The position numbers and the translations under genes were made by a program. The notes under the pieces were generated by a model, which made no database searches, was not told the DNA's origin, and was given only the letters and a program-made list of their open reading frames with translations. Of a stretch of DNA of 64,000 nt, positions 46,856-58,969 are shown piece after piece. The stretch is from Alloascoidea hylecoeti (taxonomy: Eukaryota): assembly GCA_001600815.1 (NCBI GenBank), contig BCKZ01000021.1:1-64000 (forward strand), in the 5' to 3' direction. Position 1 is the first letter of the stretch; each line of letters opens with the position of its first letter.

Positions 46856-48409
46856 TTAGCCTGAATGTTCCACAACACTGGTGACAAGTTTCCCATTAAC
46901 AATTTCATGTTTCAATTGTTCAGGAAGAGGGGTCTCCTCGAAATCACCATCACTTCCAGGAATATCGACATTCAAAGCAGTTGAGTTAGAAGTGAAAATT
47001 TCAGTGTCAATCGATTCTGGATTTAGATAAATTTCACCACCATCACTCCCATCAACTGTAATTAATGGCAATTTACCAGTTGCCTGAATTCCGAATTTCT
47101 TACATTTGATGATATCAATACCAGAAACAAGTGATTCTACCAATAAGCCCACTTTTGTACAGTTGCTAACAGAGATGGCATTTACTTTTCCTTTAATAAT
47201 AACAGTACAACCCGAACAATTTTCAATGAACACACCATGCGACATTTCACCTTCGATGGTGACTTCTTCATTTTCAAAATTTTCAACGAACCATTTTGTA
47301 TCCAATAGTTCTTTTCTTGCAGGCTTCTTTTTCTTAGATAAACTGTTTGGCTTTTTGGGAGGTACTGGATGTTGCTTAGCAGATGATCCCGAAACTGAAC
47401 CATGACCACGTAATGAAGGATTTTTATGTGTCATTTGTGATTTCTCGACTTTCTTAAGACTAGAGGTGATAGCCTCACCTTTATTCAATTCTGCAAAAAC
47501 TGCGCCAATACCTGCAGAAGTAGAGCTTGTGTCTTTACTAACATTAAACGTGGAAGAAGGAGGCATTGGAGGAGGGGGGGGAGGAGGACCACTAGCACCA
47601 CCAGCAGGAGGGGGGGCAGCAGCAGGAGCAGCAGTAGAAGTTGATAGGAATGTTTCTAATGTTTCACCTTTAGGGTTCCAAGATGGACCAGTAGTATGAT
47701 ATTGTTTCACATAAGCAGCCAATCCATTAAAGATTTGTAAGAAAGCTTGAGTCCATTTGACCTGTTGTTGATCAGTTGTTCTATATTCTTTGATTACTCT
47801 ATTTGCATAAAACTGGGATGCATCTTTATAATCGTTGATAAAAGGGACAGGTTTTTCGGTGCAGACCCAACCTAGGGCGGGAATACCTTCAGCAATAGTT
47901 GACAAATGATTGAAATATTTACTAGTTCTATTTTTGTCTTTGGCTGCAATGATAACTTCAATGAATTTGTTAATTGGGGTTAAGGAAGTGGCAAATGCAG
48001 TTGAGGTTGGGGAAGGCTTTGAAGCTTTTGAGACAAGGACGAGGAAAGATCTAAGCTGTGTGAAAGCACCATCAACTGCGGCAGCTGTTTCTTTAATTTC
48101 AGGGACCAATTGTTGAGAAGCCTCGGTGAAAGGAGCCACGTACTCGTCAAGAAATCTGTCGTATTCCTTTACGAACGGAGCATCTTCCTCGACGTTTGGC
48201 TTCGTCTCAGTTGGGGGTGGTGGAGCCACAGTGGATGAGGACACTTCCCCAGATTCAGTAGTGATATCCTTGGTAGTGGTTGAGGAGGATGTGACGGCTT
48301 GTTCTTGGAAGATGGTGACGTCCTCGAGACGGGAGGTCGCAGCCTCCAACCGTTTCAAAAGTGTGAGTAGGTTGTAGCCCTGGATGGACAAATTGCTTTT
48401 ATCAGCCAT
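46856..48409 (-). CDS. SRV2: Adenylyl cyclase-associated protein
   Basis: LLKRLEAATSRLED, polyproline, LKKVEKSQMTHKNPSLR, CARP domain. Confidence 0.97.
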   Translation of the reverse strand: MADKSNLSIQGYNLLTLLKRLEAATSRLEDVTIFQEQAVTSSSTTTKDITTESGEVSSSTVAPPPPTETKPNVEEDAPFVKEYDRFLDEYVAPFTEASQQLVPEIKETAAAVDGAFTQLRSFLVLVSKASKPSPTSTAFATSLTPINKFIEVIIAAKDKNRTSKYFNHLSTIAEGIPALGWVCTEKPVPFINDYKDASQFYANRVIKEYRTTDQQQVKWTQAFLQIFNGLAAYVKQYHTTGPSWNPKGETLETFLSTSTAAPAAAPPPAGGASGPPPPPPPMPPSSTFNVSKDTSSTSAGIGAVFAELNKGEAITSSLKKVEKSQMTHKNPSLRGHGSVSGSSAKQHPVPPKKPNSLSKKKKPARKELLDTKWFVENFENEEVTIEGEMSHGVFIENCSGCTVIIKGKVNAISVSNCTKVGLLVESLVSGIDIIKCKKFGIQATGKLPLITVDGSDGGEIYLNPESIDTEIFTSNSTALNVDIPGSDGDFEETPLPEQLKHEIVNGKLVTSVVEHSG

Positions 48410-48544
48410 TTTTTAATTGGTGGCAATTAATTGGATATAGGGAGATGTTTAGGGAAGAAAACACTTATATTGATTACGATTAGAGATGGAGGACTGGAAA
48501 CTACCACTAGTTCTGGGATTTACCCACCCACTATAATAATTAAA

Positions 48545-51361
48545 CTAATTGAGATATCCTTTACAATGTACGGAACCACACAGACACGGAATCCTTTCAG
48601 ACTTGTCCGCTTCCTTATCAAATTTGTAGTCATATGAGAGTTCCTCGTTGACTCCGATATCACGAATGGCGTAGATGACAATCTTTTTCTGCCCTTCAAC
48701 CTTTATAATTTTTGTTTTACAGTTTGGAGTACAACAATGATTGATGAACCTAGCAATACCACCCGTTTTAGTGGCATCAATTGTAACCTGGTCATCAATT
48801 CTGAATAAATAACTCGACCCAAGTCCAGATCTATCATATTTATTTTCTCGTAGGGCCGCAATTTGTGGACGAATAACTTCGCCAACGTATTCAATTACCA
48901 TTTCACCTTTATAGATCGGTTCTTGGGCGTATAACCCCCAATTATGAATGGCAGATCTTGCAAATCTGACTGCTTTTTTCCTCTTTTGTAATAAGTTACC
49001 CGTAAATAATTCAGCTTCGCCGCCATTTGTCTGTTGTTTTTGAGCATTTAAATCAACTGCAATACGTCTTGCATTCTTACGACGCCCTTGAGTTGTAGTA
49101 ACCCCTGCCCCTACACTTGATTCATCCTCGTGTTCTTGTAATGTATCCAAAGGATTATGAATATTTTTTCTATGTGGAAGATATCTTGCCTTTTCTGACT
49201 CAGGAACTGTCATGTATCCATTAGCTCTATTAAATGGTGCCATTTCCAATAACTCTAAGCTGTCTGGAATATCAATAGGCCCAATTGGTTCATTAAGTCC
49301 AGATTCAAATATTTTTTTCTCCTTTTCTTTAAATGCCCAATATGCTACATTATTAATTTTTGTATTTGGAGACGTTTCTTTTAAAGCTTCTTTTAAGAAT
49401 TCAAAATCTTCTTGGTCTTTAACCAATTCTTGAACACCATCAAAATCTAAAAGACGGTTTGGAGGATCGTAGCATGTTGGTAAAGACCTGCCACTTGCTG
49501 TTGGAGACCAGCTGATTTTATTAGGATCATTAAATTCGTAGGTTGGCAATGAAAAATCATAGATTATCCTTTCAGGTTCCTTTTTAGATTTGGATTTAGG
49601 TTCTTGTTGTTCTTCCTTGGATGTTTTGTTACCATCTGGAATTGAATCTTCTTCTTCCTCATCTTCAAGTATGATTTCACTAGCTTTTATAACATTATCA
49701 TCATGATAAGAACGTTTCTTTAACTTTGGTTTTGTAATTACAGTTATCTTTTGATCATCCAAATCTTCTGGTGAGACTAATTTTCTTTTCTTTGTTGTTT
49801 TAATTTCACCAACCGATTTTAATGTTGATTTTGATTTTGTCTTATTGCCAATTGTATGTTGGTCTTCACTATTTGATCGAGAAGCTTCTGAATCATTTCT
49901 TCGAGGTCTACCTCTTTTACGTTTTTTATCAGTAGCAATTATTGTAGGAGAATCCTCATTGAATATTGCTGGATCTTTAAGGGGCTTGAAGTATCCAGAT
50001 ATTGGTTCCTTCGAAGGAGTATTATTACCATTCTCGGTCTCAGTATTATCAGTATCATCTCCATTATTATCAACACCCAATCTTCTTAAACGTCTTCTAT
50101 TGCTTTTATTTTTTGATAAATCGGGTAAAATAACTTTATTTTTAACCTCTTCACATGATATTAAAACTGTATTCTTTGGATTATTTGATGTATTTAATAA
50201 GTTTGAAGATGTTGATTTCAATTGTAATTTACGTCTAATTTTTTGAGTAGGTGTTAAAATGGATTTTGAATTCAAAGATTTTCCGTTTTTAGAAACTTTT
50301 CTTAAGTGAGAGCTAGTTTCTGATTGAATCATATTAGCAACTTCTTGGTTAAGTAACGTTTGGAAATGCATTAAAATATACTGTGCTACTAATTCTGTAG
50401 CTTCTTCATTTATACTCTCATTAACATGATCCTTTAATAATAATTGCTTTTCGCTCTGTTTCTGTTGCTGGTTATTATTATTATTTGGTTTAATAATAGT
50501 AATTTCATTATTTGGACTGTTATTAGTTTCATTATATAATTTTCTCATTGGCATTTGCCTATCAATTAAGGTTTGTTTCATTTGATCGAAGCATAAATCA
50601 GCCTCTTGTTTATGTGTGAATTTAAAGATCCAGGCAAGAGTTTTTGCCCGTTCGATCCAAGGTGCATTAATACCGGGACAAAACTCTTGTACTAAAGATT
50701 TAAGTCTAAGCATACCGATTCTATTACCCTTTTCTATATCAATACGAATCCAGAAACAAGAATTTGGGCTATTGACGGCTGTTTGTGATTGTTGAAGTGG
50801 AAGGGTATTCGGGGTTAAAGCTGGAGAAAGGGACATTAAATGGGACCGAGGAGGTTGATTATGATATATATCAGTATTAGAGAATGGTGTAAGTTGCTGC
50901 TGTATAGATTGAGTATAAGAATCGGGTTGAGTAACATCCATGAAATTAAATTTTCCATAAGTTTTAAACGATTTCATTTGTGAATGCAGTTCATGACCAG
51001 AAGGATCAGATACCACCTTGAATTTATAGTTATTTGGGACCAGAGAATTTACAGCTCGAAAAGAAGTTGAACAAACATCCGGGTCAGAGAGGACCACGTG
51101 GAGTACAAAAGCGGTGAGATTTTTGGCATCGTTAGTGACTTTGTACAATTTAGATTCTATGAGCCCAAATGGACGGAATAATTTATTAACCTCGCGTCCT
51201 GAGTAACCAGAAGGGAACGGGAACACGAGAGCTCTGCTTGGGATGGTGTGCCGCTTCCCCCAGCTTGAGTCCAGGCTCTGAGACGGAAGATGAGTAACTC
51301 GAGGAGACAACGTTGGGAGTAGTTGCCTGTCGAGAGGATGTCTTCCCATTTGATAAGACAT
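48545..51361 (-). CDS. SET1: H3K4 methyltransferase Set1
   Basis: n-SET, RFARSAIHNWGLYA, SSYLFRID, ARFINHCCTPNC, post-SET CLCGSVHCKGYLN. Confidence 0.95.
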   Translation of the reverse strand: MSYQMGRHPLDRQLLPTLSPRVTHLPSQSLDSSWGKRHTIPSRALVFPFPSGYSGREVNKLFRPFGLIESKLYKVTNDAKNLTAFVLHVVLSDPDVCSTSFRAVNSLVPNNYKFKVVSDPSGHELHSQMKSFKTYGKFNFMDVTQPDSYTQSIQQQLTPFSNTDIYHNQPPRSHLMSLSPALTPNTLPLQQSQTAVNSPNSCFWIRIDIEKGNRIGMLRLKSLVQEFCPGINAPWIERAKTLAWIFKFTHKQEADLCFDQMKQTLIDRQMPMRKLYNETNNSPNNEITIIKPNNNNNQQQKQSEKQLLLKDHVNESINEEATELVAQYILMHFQTLLNQEVANMIQSETSSHLRKVSKNGKSLNSKSILTPTQKIRRKLQLKSTSSNLLNTSNNPKNTVLISCEEVKNKVILPDLSKNKSNRRRLRRLGVDNNGDDTDNTETENGNNTPSKEPISGYFKPLKDPAIFNEDSPTIIATDKKRKRGRPRRNDSEASRSNSEDQHTIGNKTKSKSTLKSVGEIKTTKKRKLVSPEDLDDQKITVITKPKLKKRSYHDDNVIKASEIILEDEEEEDSIPDGNKTSKEEQQEPKSKSKKEPERIIYDFSLPTYEFNDPNKISWSPTASGRSLPTCYDPPNRLLDFDGVQELVKDQEDFEFLKEALKETSPNTKINNVAYWAFKEKEKKIFESGLNEPIGPIDIPDSLELLEMAPFNRANGYMTVPESEKARYLPHRKNIHNPLDTLQEHEDESSVGAGVTTTQGRRKNARRIAVDLNAQKQQTNGGEAELFTGNLLQKRKKAVRFARSAIHNWGLYAQEPIYKGEMVIEYVGEVIRPQIAALRENKYDRSGLGSSYLFRIDDQVTIDATKTGGIARFINHCCTPNCKTKIIKVEGQKKIVIYAIRDIGVNEELSYDYKFDKEADKSERIPCLCGSVHCKGYLN

Positions 51362-51619
51362 TTCTGTAAAGGAGCGGTTTTTGGCCAGAGGATGCTATGT
51401 GTTGAAACTTATAGTGGTGTGGATCACGTGTGGTGTTACGTAAGACACAGCTCAACTCATTTAGTATTATTATACGACTTATCATTTCAATATATTAATT
51501 CCTGATACTTCTTAAACTTTGCTGATATATATATACATGTATATATATGCCTACTGCAAATGGATTTTGCTATCCGGCTTTAATAATATTATTGTTTATA
51601 TTTATATTATAATTTAGAT

Positions 51620-52111
51620 CTATTTCGTTCTTATGTTCTTCAACGGGCCTTTGGAGTGAATAAAGTTCTCCGCATACTGTTTGGGAGTAAAAGATCGGGC
51701 CTTAGGTTCCTGAACGTAGTAGTCATATCCTTGGCCCTGGGCAAATCGAATGGCATCTTCCTTTGTGTGGAACTTCAGCTCCAAAGCCTGTAAGTAATCA
51801 CCGCTTCCCTGATAACCGATCAAGTCGTTTTCCCATCTGTTGGCCTTCCCCAACACATCAAAGTCGATTTTCCAATCACGAGAGCCCCAACTTCCACTTT
51901 GGGTGGCTGACTTGGCTGGCTTGTAGATTCTAGCTGTTCTCTCAACAACAATTTCTTTGGGCGCACCACTGATCAATTCCTTTGCCAGTTCATTGTGAAG
52001 TCTTTCCTGGGGTTGTTGGGCCGGAGTGACCTGGGATTGATAACGGGCAGCCGCTGAACAGAACTGCCTTGCCTGTGTTGTCGCGATCTTGGAGGAGTAT
52101 CTAAGCATCAT
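51620..52111 (-). CDS. Complex I accessory subunit NDUFS4 (NUYM)
   Basis: RIYKPAKSATQSG, RWENDLIGYQGSGD, FHTKEDAIRFA, YAENF. Confidence 0.93.
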   Translation of the reverse strand: MMLRYSSKIATTQARQFCSAAARYQSQVTPAQQPQERLHNELAKELISGAPKEIVVERTARIYKPAKSATQSGSWGSRDWKIDFDVLGKANRWENDLIGYQGSGDYLQALELKFHTKEDAIRFAQGQGYDYYVQEPKARSFTPKQYAENFIHSKGPLKNIRTK

Positions 52112-52254
52112 AAATCTTTAAATTTTTGGAGATGTCTTCTTGACTCGTAATATGAAGAATCTGGTTGGACAGACGTATGCAAACGTGTGCGGGACGTTTA
52201 TGCACACACTAACATTATAACCGTATATATAGTTATACCAGTACTAGAGCTACT

Positions 52255-53127
52255 ATGCTGGAACAAGAGGCGAATCTACGTGGTCTGCTGAACCACTCCA
52301 AGTACATTGATAACGAGCTTCTGACAACTGCCGACTCATTCTTCATCAGATCCAAATCCCTCATTCCTTTGTCTCCCATCGATAGCATTGCCCGTTCTTT
52401 ACTAGCATGTCACGCTGCAATAACTTATCTACAGAGACGGTTGAATTTACCGGAACCCATCGTTTCCAAACCTCCCATCCGACCAACCAGATATAAAGAA
52501 CTACTGAAGTTATTTGAACGTGAACTGCTTCCAAAGGATTTTTTGAAATCACCCTCAAAACCCAAAATTAAAACTAGTCCTCTTGCACTTGCAACAACAA
52601 CAAAGACAATAACCCTTTCTCCATCAAAAAAACAGAAATTGGATAAGAGCCTTCACTCTGCTGATGTTGCAATGTTTCTTACCAAGTCGGGAATTCAAAA
52701 GAAAGCCATTCCATTTATAAAACTAGGCTTCGAACAACACGAAAAGGAAGTACGACATCGTTGGGCTTTACTATGCTCTTTGGTAGTTATGACGTATATC
52801 CGCATCGATCAAACTGAAAATAAAAGCAAACGAAATCTGTTTATTAAAAATTTACTAAATCTACAGCGAGGCAGTTTAGAACTAGAGGATGTACAGTATT
52901 GGGTGCCCTTGGTTAAACAGATGGCAAAGGGGAAAGCCTGGCTACGCGATCTTGACCGGTGCTTCCATGTTGCAGAACACGAAACAGGCATCAGCGGAGT
53001 AGGCCGTATGATCAGACCATCTCAGCAGTACACCTCACAGCGCAAAATAAAGAACTATCGCTCGTGGAGGAGGCGGATCCTAAACGAAGCAAAGCGGTTG
53101 CAATTGCAACAGTATAGTGAGAGATAG
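52255..53127 (+). CDS. ORC6: Origin recognition complex subunit 6
   Basis: PPIRPTRYKELL N-domain, C-terminal GVGRM...Y..WRRRIL motif; linked to SET1 as YHR118C/YHR119W are. Confidence 0.78.
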   Translation: MLEQEANLRGLLNHSKYIDNELLTTADSFFIRSKSLIPLSPIDSIARSLLACHAAITYLQRRLNLPEPIVSKPPIRPTRYKELLKLFERELLPKDFLKSPSKPKIKTSPLALATTTKTITLSPSKKQKLDKSLHSADVAMFLTKSGIQKKAIPFIKLGFEQHEKEVRHRWALLCSLVVMTYIRIDQTENKSKRNLFIKNLLNLQRGSLELEDVQYWVPLVKQMAKGKAWLRDLDRCFHVAEHETGISGVGRMIRPSQQYTSQRKIKNYRSWRRRILNEAKRLQLQQYSER

Positions 53128-53175
53128 ACTAGCTGGTGTATATCCAATCATACTAGCGTAAATCGAGTACTGCGT

Positions 53176-53190
53176 AGAAGGTTCGCGAAG
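53176..53190. promoter_or_regulatory. Perfect heat-shock element upstream of SIS1
   Basis: aGAAggTTCgcGAAg about 115 bp upstream of the ATG. Confidence 0.75.
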
Positions 53191-53301
53191 CATATAGGAA
53201 AAAGACTACAAAGTATAAGAACAAATTGATTTGCGTTTTACCCTTTTCTTTTCCGCAATAATAGATTTTGTCAAGCTTACAATTATAAAACTATTTTCAC
53301 A

Positions 53302-54309
53302 ATGGTTAAAGATACAAAATTATATGATCTGCTGGGTGTTTCATCTACTGCAAATGATAGTGAAATCAAGAAAGCATATAGAAAGCAAGCCCTTAAGTAT
53401 CATCCTGATAAACCCACCGGTGATACTGAAAAATTCAAAGAAATATCCGAAGCTTTTGATATTCTAAGTAATTCTGATAAACGGCAGGTTTATGATACCT
53501 ATGGTATAGAAGCTGCAAGACATGGTGGCCCCGTTCCAGGTGAGGGTGGCTTTGGGGGTGCTGGTGCTGGTGCTGGTAATCCCTTTGGTGGATTCGGAGG
53601 CCCAGGTGGTTCTAGCTTTCGTTTTTCAAATGGTGGAGGCCATCCGTTTTCAACCGATGATGCTTTCAATATTTTTCAACAATTCAGCCAAAGTGGGGGC
53701 TTTGGTGGAGATGATCCATTCACTTCTTTCGGAGGTTTAGGAGGTATGGGTGGTATGCCTGGTGGTATGCAACAAAGACGACGAAGAAATGATGTCTTCA
53801 CGATTAACTTACCTGTATCTCTAGAAGATTTAGCCAAGGGAGCTTCTAAGAAACTAAAAATTTCTCGAAAAGGTGCAGGTGGTTCTCCGGAACAAATAAT
53901 TAAACAAATTGATATTAAACCAGGTTGGAAAGCGGGTACAAAAATAACTTTTCCAAACGATGGTGATTTATTAAGTGATGGCTCAAGGCAAGATATTCAA
54001 TTTGTTATTGATGAAAAACCGCATCCTACTTTCACTAGAGATGGGAATGATTTAAAAATGAATTTAAAATTATCTTTTAAAGAATCTTTATTAGGTTTTA
54101 GTAAAATTGTTGAAACGATAAATGGGAAAAGAATCAAGATTGAAAATTCAAGTCCTATTCAACCAAATCAGAGCCATACTTATCCTGGTCAAGGAATGCC
54201 TGTTAGTAAACAACCAGGTACAAGAGGTGATTTAATCATTACTTGTAAAGTTGATTATCCAACCCGTCTAACTCCTCAACAACGGCAGGCAATTGAAGAT
54301 AACTTTTAA
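53302..54309 (+). CDS. SIS1: Type II Hsp40 Sis1
   Basis: [18 protein letters not shown] and G/M regions, [13 protein letters not shown]; no zinc finger. Confidence 0.95.
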   Translation: MVKDTKLYDLLGVSSTANDSEIKKAYRKQALKYHPDKPTGDTEKFKEISEAFDILSNSDKRQVYDTYGIEAARHGGPVPGEGGFGGAGAGAGNPFGGFGGPGGSSFRFSNGGGHPFSTDDAFNIFQQFSQSGGFGGDDPFTSFGGLGGMGGMPGGMQQRRRRNDVFTINLPVSLEDLAKGASKKLKISRKGAGGSPEQIIKQIDIKPGWKAGTKITFPNDGDLLSDGSRQDIQFVIDEKPHPTFTRDGNDLKMNLKLSFKESLLGFSKIVETINGKRIKIENSSPIQPNQSHTYPGQGMPVSKQPGTRGDLIITCKVDYPTRLTPQQRQAIEDNF

Positions 54310-54709
54310 ATAAACTGCAGATGCTAATACAAATCTTCTACGTCCTCCCATTTGTCATAATCTTATACTGTATATTTATTTAGTTACCGAATGACTTGCA
54401 ATTTCACTAGGAGACAATTTTGTGTTACAGTAGTTTCTTTTTTTGTCGTTAATATTGTTTGAATTTATTTTACTTACAATTGAACTTTTCGTTAATTTTG
54501 TGTATATTTATAATATATTTTTTGACCTATGAATTCATGATCAAATTTTTACTAGAGTCTAAGATCCAAGTTATAATATCGTAATATATAAAATAAAGAT
54601 GAAACTAATTACATTCATTGTAGTGGATATACTTGTGTATGTATTAAAATACAAATGTATATTGTGATTAATTAAAATTAATAGATTAAAAATGAGCAAC
54701 AATATCAAT

Positions 54710-56140
54710 TCAATGCTTCTTCTTCTTCTTCTTTTCAGATTTAGCATCTTCATCATCATCTGCTTTTCTCTTCTTCTCCTTCTTATCTTTCTTTTCCTTT
54801 TTGTCTTTCTTTTCTTTCTTTTCCTTTTTATCCTTCTTCTCTTTTTTTGATGGTGTTTCGGCAACAACGGGTGAATCAACAAAAGTATCCTTCATTTCAA
54901 CATCCTCTACTAAAGGTTTGGCAGGTGTAGTGGCAATAGCAGCTTCAGGAGCAGCTGTAGTATCACCACTATGATCAACATAAGCTTGTTTCCAAGCAGC
55001 AGGAGTGTTTTCATTAGCACGGCCATATTTATCTAATTTTCCCTCTGATTTCATTTGTTTCTTCTTTTGTGCAACGGGTCCCAATCCCCATCGTCTTGGA
55101 TATGAATCTCTTTCCATAATACATCTCTTTACTTTTGCAACAACTCCATGATCACATGTTGATAGATCAACTGTAGACATTTGACAGATACCAATTGCTA
55201 TGGCTTCACCTTTAGTGGTCATTAAAACAACTTCGTCTTCTAATTCAATCCCTTCTTCATATCTTAAAAGACCAGGAATCATCAATTTTGCACCATAACA
55301 AATTGAATTAACAGCAGAATCTCTGACGACAATTCTCTTATAACCAAGCAACAAAGTTTCCAATGGTTTAATGACTCTTCTTAAATAAGATTCATCTCTA
55401 GTATTATCGTAAACCCATTGGGCATCCAATATATCGTGTAAAGTAACCATACGATCATTTTCTGATAAAGCACCAGATCTTACACGTCTTAACTCTTGCA
55501 TATGTCCACCAACGCCTAATAACATACCTAAATGAACACACAAAGTTCTCATATAAGTACCAGCTTCACAACTAGCCCAGAAAACACCCAATTGCTTTTT
55601 ATTATCAAATTCAATCAAGTTAGAGTCATAAATTGTACGAACACGCAATTGCCTTTTAACAGCAGAAATTAAAGGTGGTCTTTGAAATAAAGCACCAGTC
55701 AAGTTTTCTAAACCTCGAGCTAATTCTTTTTCATCCTTTAAAGCATCATGTAAACGAACAATACAAACATATTCTTTACCAGCACCTTGTTGAGATTTAA
55801 CTAGTCTTGTAGCACGATCAATACAAACAATAAGACATCCAGTAACTTTAGGATCCAATGTTCCACTATGACCTGTTTTCTCTACTCTTAAAATTCTTTT
55901 AACCCAAGCAACAACTTCATGTGAACTTGGATTACTAGGCTTGTCCAAATTAATAACACCGGAAGAAATATATGACTTAAGATCTCTTTTTAATGGAGAA
56001 CAACCAGTTGGAATAGGTGTATAATGACCCGATCTAACTAATAGTCTATCATAATTTTTCAGTAATAATGGCCAAGTACTTGTATCACTTGAAGGTGATA
56101 CATTCTCTGGTTTTATAACATAATCTGCCTCAGAAGCCAT
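54710..56140 (-). CDS. CBF5: H/ACA snoRNP pseudouridine synthase
   Basis: [30 protein letters not shown] domain, KKE/D tail. Confidence 0.98.
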   Translation of the reverse strand: MASEADYVIKPENVSPSSDTSTWPLLLKNYDRLLVRSGHYTPIPTGCSPLKRDLKSYISSGVINLDKPSNPSSHEVVAWVKRILRVEKTGHSGTLDPKVTGCLIVCIDRATRLVKSQQGAGKEYVCIVRLHDALKDEKELARGLENLTGALFQRPPLISAVKRQLRVRTIYDSNLIEFDNKKQLGVFWASCEAGTYMRTLCVHLGMLLGVGGHMQELRRVRSGALSENDRMVTLHDILDAQWVYDNTRDESYLRRVIKPLETLLLGYKRIVVRDSAVNSICYGAKLMIPGLLRYEEGIELEDEVVLMTTKGEAIAIGICQMSTVDLSTCDHGVVAKVKRCIMERDSYPRRWGLGPVAQKKKQMKSEGKLDKYGRANENTPAAWKQAYVDHSGDTTAAPEAAIATTPAKPLVEDVEMKDTFVDSPVVAETPSKKEKKDKKEKKEKKDKKEKKDKKEKKRKADDDEDAKSEKKKKKKH

Positions 56141-56247
56141 TTCTTATTTAGATCTCTTTTTTTTGTCTCGCTTTATAGCACGATGACACAGAAAAAAACA
56201 AGATAATTTGAATGGTTGTTGAGATGAAATTTCAATTTTTTTTTCTC

Positions 56248-56255
56248 GCGATGAG
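56248..56255. promoter_or_regulatory. PAC element (ribosome biogenesis regulon) upstream of CBF5
   Basis: GCGATGAG flanked by RRPE-like A/T tracts about 110 bp upstream. Confidence 0.6.
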
Positions 56256-56513
56256 AAGAAAAAATTGCAGTAGTAAGGTTATACTGAAATATTCGCCAGA
56301 CTGATAAATACATCTACAACGTTGTGATCCTCTACAATGCCAATATAAACTTTATATGGATTAGTATATGACTTATCATTTATATGATCAATCTCTAGGA
56401 TCTACATTTATACGTCTTTCTCACTGATGTTTACCTAGTCTTATTGTAGAAAGCTAAAGGAATACAACACACATAAAGTATTAATATTTCTATAACATCA
56501 TGATCATATAGAA

Positions 56514-58253
56514 CTAGTTTAATTCTAACTTTTCTGCAATTTTAAGAGTCAATGCTCTTTTCATGAATTGTTCTCTTGCGAGACTCCGGGATTTCTATCA
56601 ATGTTATTGATTAGTAAAGTGTATCTAGTGTAAATATAGTTATAATGTATTCTTACCTTCATGAATATATCAAGATTAATTTCTCCATGTTCATATGCTT
56701 TACCAAGAATATATATTGTATCTTCAATAGCATGATCTTCAGCAACAAGATCATATAGTCTAAAACGTTTGGATTGTTAGTGTTGGTAAGGGGGCATTAG
56801 TAAGTTTATACTTACTGACTAAAAACAGCAGTTTCTGCGCATAATATATCATCCAGCTTAGGTTCAGAGGTCTCTTTTGCTTCTTTGATGACGTCCTTTG
56901 CCAGATCAATTCTTTCAGTAAACATTGAGATATTTGATTCGGCTTTAGAGCCTAGTTGTTGTAAATCTGAAGATTCGCGTTCCAAGACCTTTCCAATAGT
57001 TGAAACTGCATTCTCTACAGCAGATATACTTTGATTTTGAGACTGAATTTCTGAGTGATGTTCACGAGAAATACTGACTAAGGCATGGGATATTGATTCT
57101 AATAAACGCATTCGCTCGGGATTTGGTGGGATTGGTGGGGCTGTTGTGCCCTGTTGATCTAGTAAATCGGGTTGAACTACTATTGGAGGTTGATTCACAA
57201 CAGATTGATTCATTGTAGATGTCTGCATTTGCCAAGGTGTTTGAACTGATTGTTGTTGTGAAAGTGGTTTTTGAGCACCCCTCTGATATGAAGCAGACTC
57301 ATAAATGTCTCGTGGCTGTTCAGGATGTGCTTGGTAAGGTGGGGCAGCATAATTATGTTGAACGATATGTGGAGGAGAAACGGGTTTTTGTGATCTAGGA
57401 GACAAAGGTGTGATATCACTGTCTTGTCGTGCCACCAGTTGAAGCGGCAAAGGAGGTCTTAGGGGTGGAGATTGGGTATATTGTAGGGATTGAGCAGAAG
57501 TACTTTTTGGTCTATTAAGAACAACAGAAGGTCTTGTTGGATGGGGTGGAAGTGGAGGAGCAGAATCAGCTACATTTGCAGGATTGGTAGCATTTGAGCT
57601 TGTATTTGGAGGTTTTGCAATAACAGGTGGTTCTTTGCTAAAAGCTTCTTTAAGGTAGGAAAACAGCACAAAAATATTGCAGGACTTTATAGATATTAGT
57701 AAAAATAATGTAAATGTGTGGAAACAGAATAACACTTACGGTATTATTCGATACATTTTGAGCCCAATTAGAGATATAAGGGTGATAAACTTTTCCATTG
57801 GGATCAACATAATTGCTGGGACGTATAACCATATCATTAGTAGGAGTGATATATACAAAAGGTGAGAGTTCTGGATATTCTTTAGGAATCCATATTTCTA
57901 AAGGAAAATGGTAAGTTTGTCCTTGAATTTGTGATGGCAATGTACCATACAGCTTTAACAGCAGTTGTGATCTACCTGCCTCATCAGCTGTTGGAAGTTA
58001 GATATATTTTCATGTTAAGCAGATGATAGATGTAGACATACTGTATACATTTGTCCTGGGCCGTAAAGATTGAGTCGCCAGTAGTAATTGAACTACATCA
58101 CTATAAGTCTTTTGGACATGCTTGTATTCCTAGAAATTCCGGGTTAGTGGCAATTGTCTCTCTATGGTAGTCTCAGAGAATACACACCGGTCCCAAGACG
58201 TTATAGAGCCAGTTGAGGACTGGTTGGGGCAGTTGAGAAGGAGCCCGAGACAT
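56514..58253 (-). CDS. STP22: ESCRT-I subunit Vps23/Tsg101, about 5 introns
   Basis: UEV (LRPRTNVY, LYGTLP, FPLEIWIPKEYP, VDPNGKVYHPY), Pro-rich linker, steadiness box LYDLVAEDHAIEDTIYIL...LAREQFMKRAL. Confidence 0.92.
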
Positions 58254-58362
58254 TGTTGGCTATTTAATGATTAAAGGATGGGAGTTTAGGAGGGAGTTAC
58301 AGGGTGGGTCAACAGTTCCATTGTTCACACCTCCATCTTACTTTGTTACACACATTATTATC

Positions 58363-58849
58363 ATGAGTGGGTCAGTTTTGTTTGCAAACACTATATAATA
58401 ACCACCATGTACTTCATACTAACGTTCTTTGTCGCTATACAGTTATACAGTAATAGGATGGCTATTTGCTGTCGTCGTCGCCTCAGTTATATTTTGGTTC
58501 TTTGCTCCAAAGGAAAACAGAACGTAAGATTCATTCGCAGTGAACTATAAATAATCAACAAAGAACAAATGAAGGACTAATATTTGCTGGTAGTGTTTGG
58601 AGAAGTAGTGTTATTCTCACGCTGGCTATGTGTTATTTAATGTAAGTCTTTGATTAATATTGAGACTATTTGTTGATGACACTAACACACATCTCTAGGT
58701 GGGCTATTACTTATCTCTGTATGTCTTTTCCATACCTACATGTTTAGCTGTTTTATTGTGTATTTACTAACCCCGAGAAAGGCCAACTACATCCACTGGT
58801 GGTACCAAGAAGAAGCGATTTAAGGCCTGAATATGCCGAACCAGAGTGA
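58363..58849 (+). CDS. VMA9: V-ATPase V0 subunit e, 4 introns (absent from ORF track)
   Basis: Spliced MSGYTVIG...FAPKENRTVWRSSVILTLAMCYLMWAITYLCQLHPLVVPRRSDLRPE. Confidence 0.93.
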
Positions 58850-58969
58850 AATACTTATATAAAAAAAAATATTTAACATTAATATAATTATTGAAATACC
58901 AATTCATATATTTTGTGTTTGTGCGTAAACCTTCTACTGATTCTGTAAACAAAGGCACATACACTAATT

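Noticed and set aside
53302..53340. Possible CUG codon reassignment
   Set aside because: CTG occupies conserved Leu positions (SIS1 YDLLGV; NFS1 CVLD and EELEK), so the standard code applies
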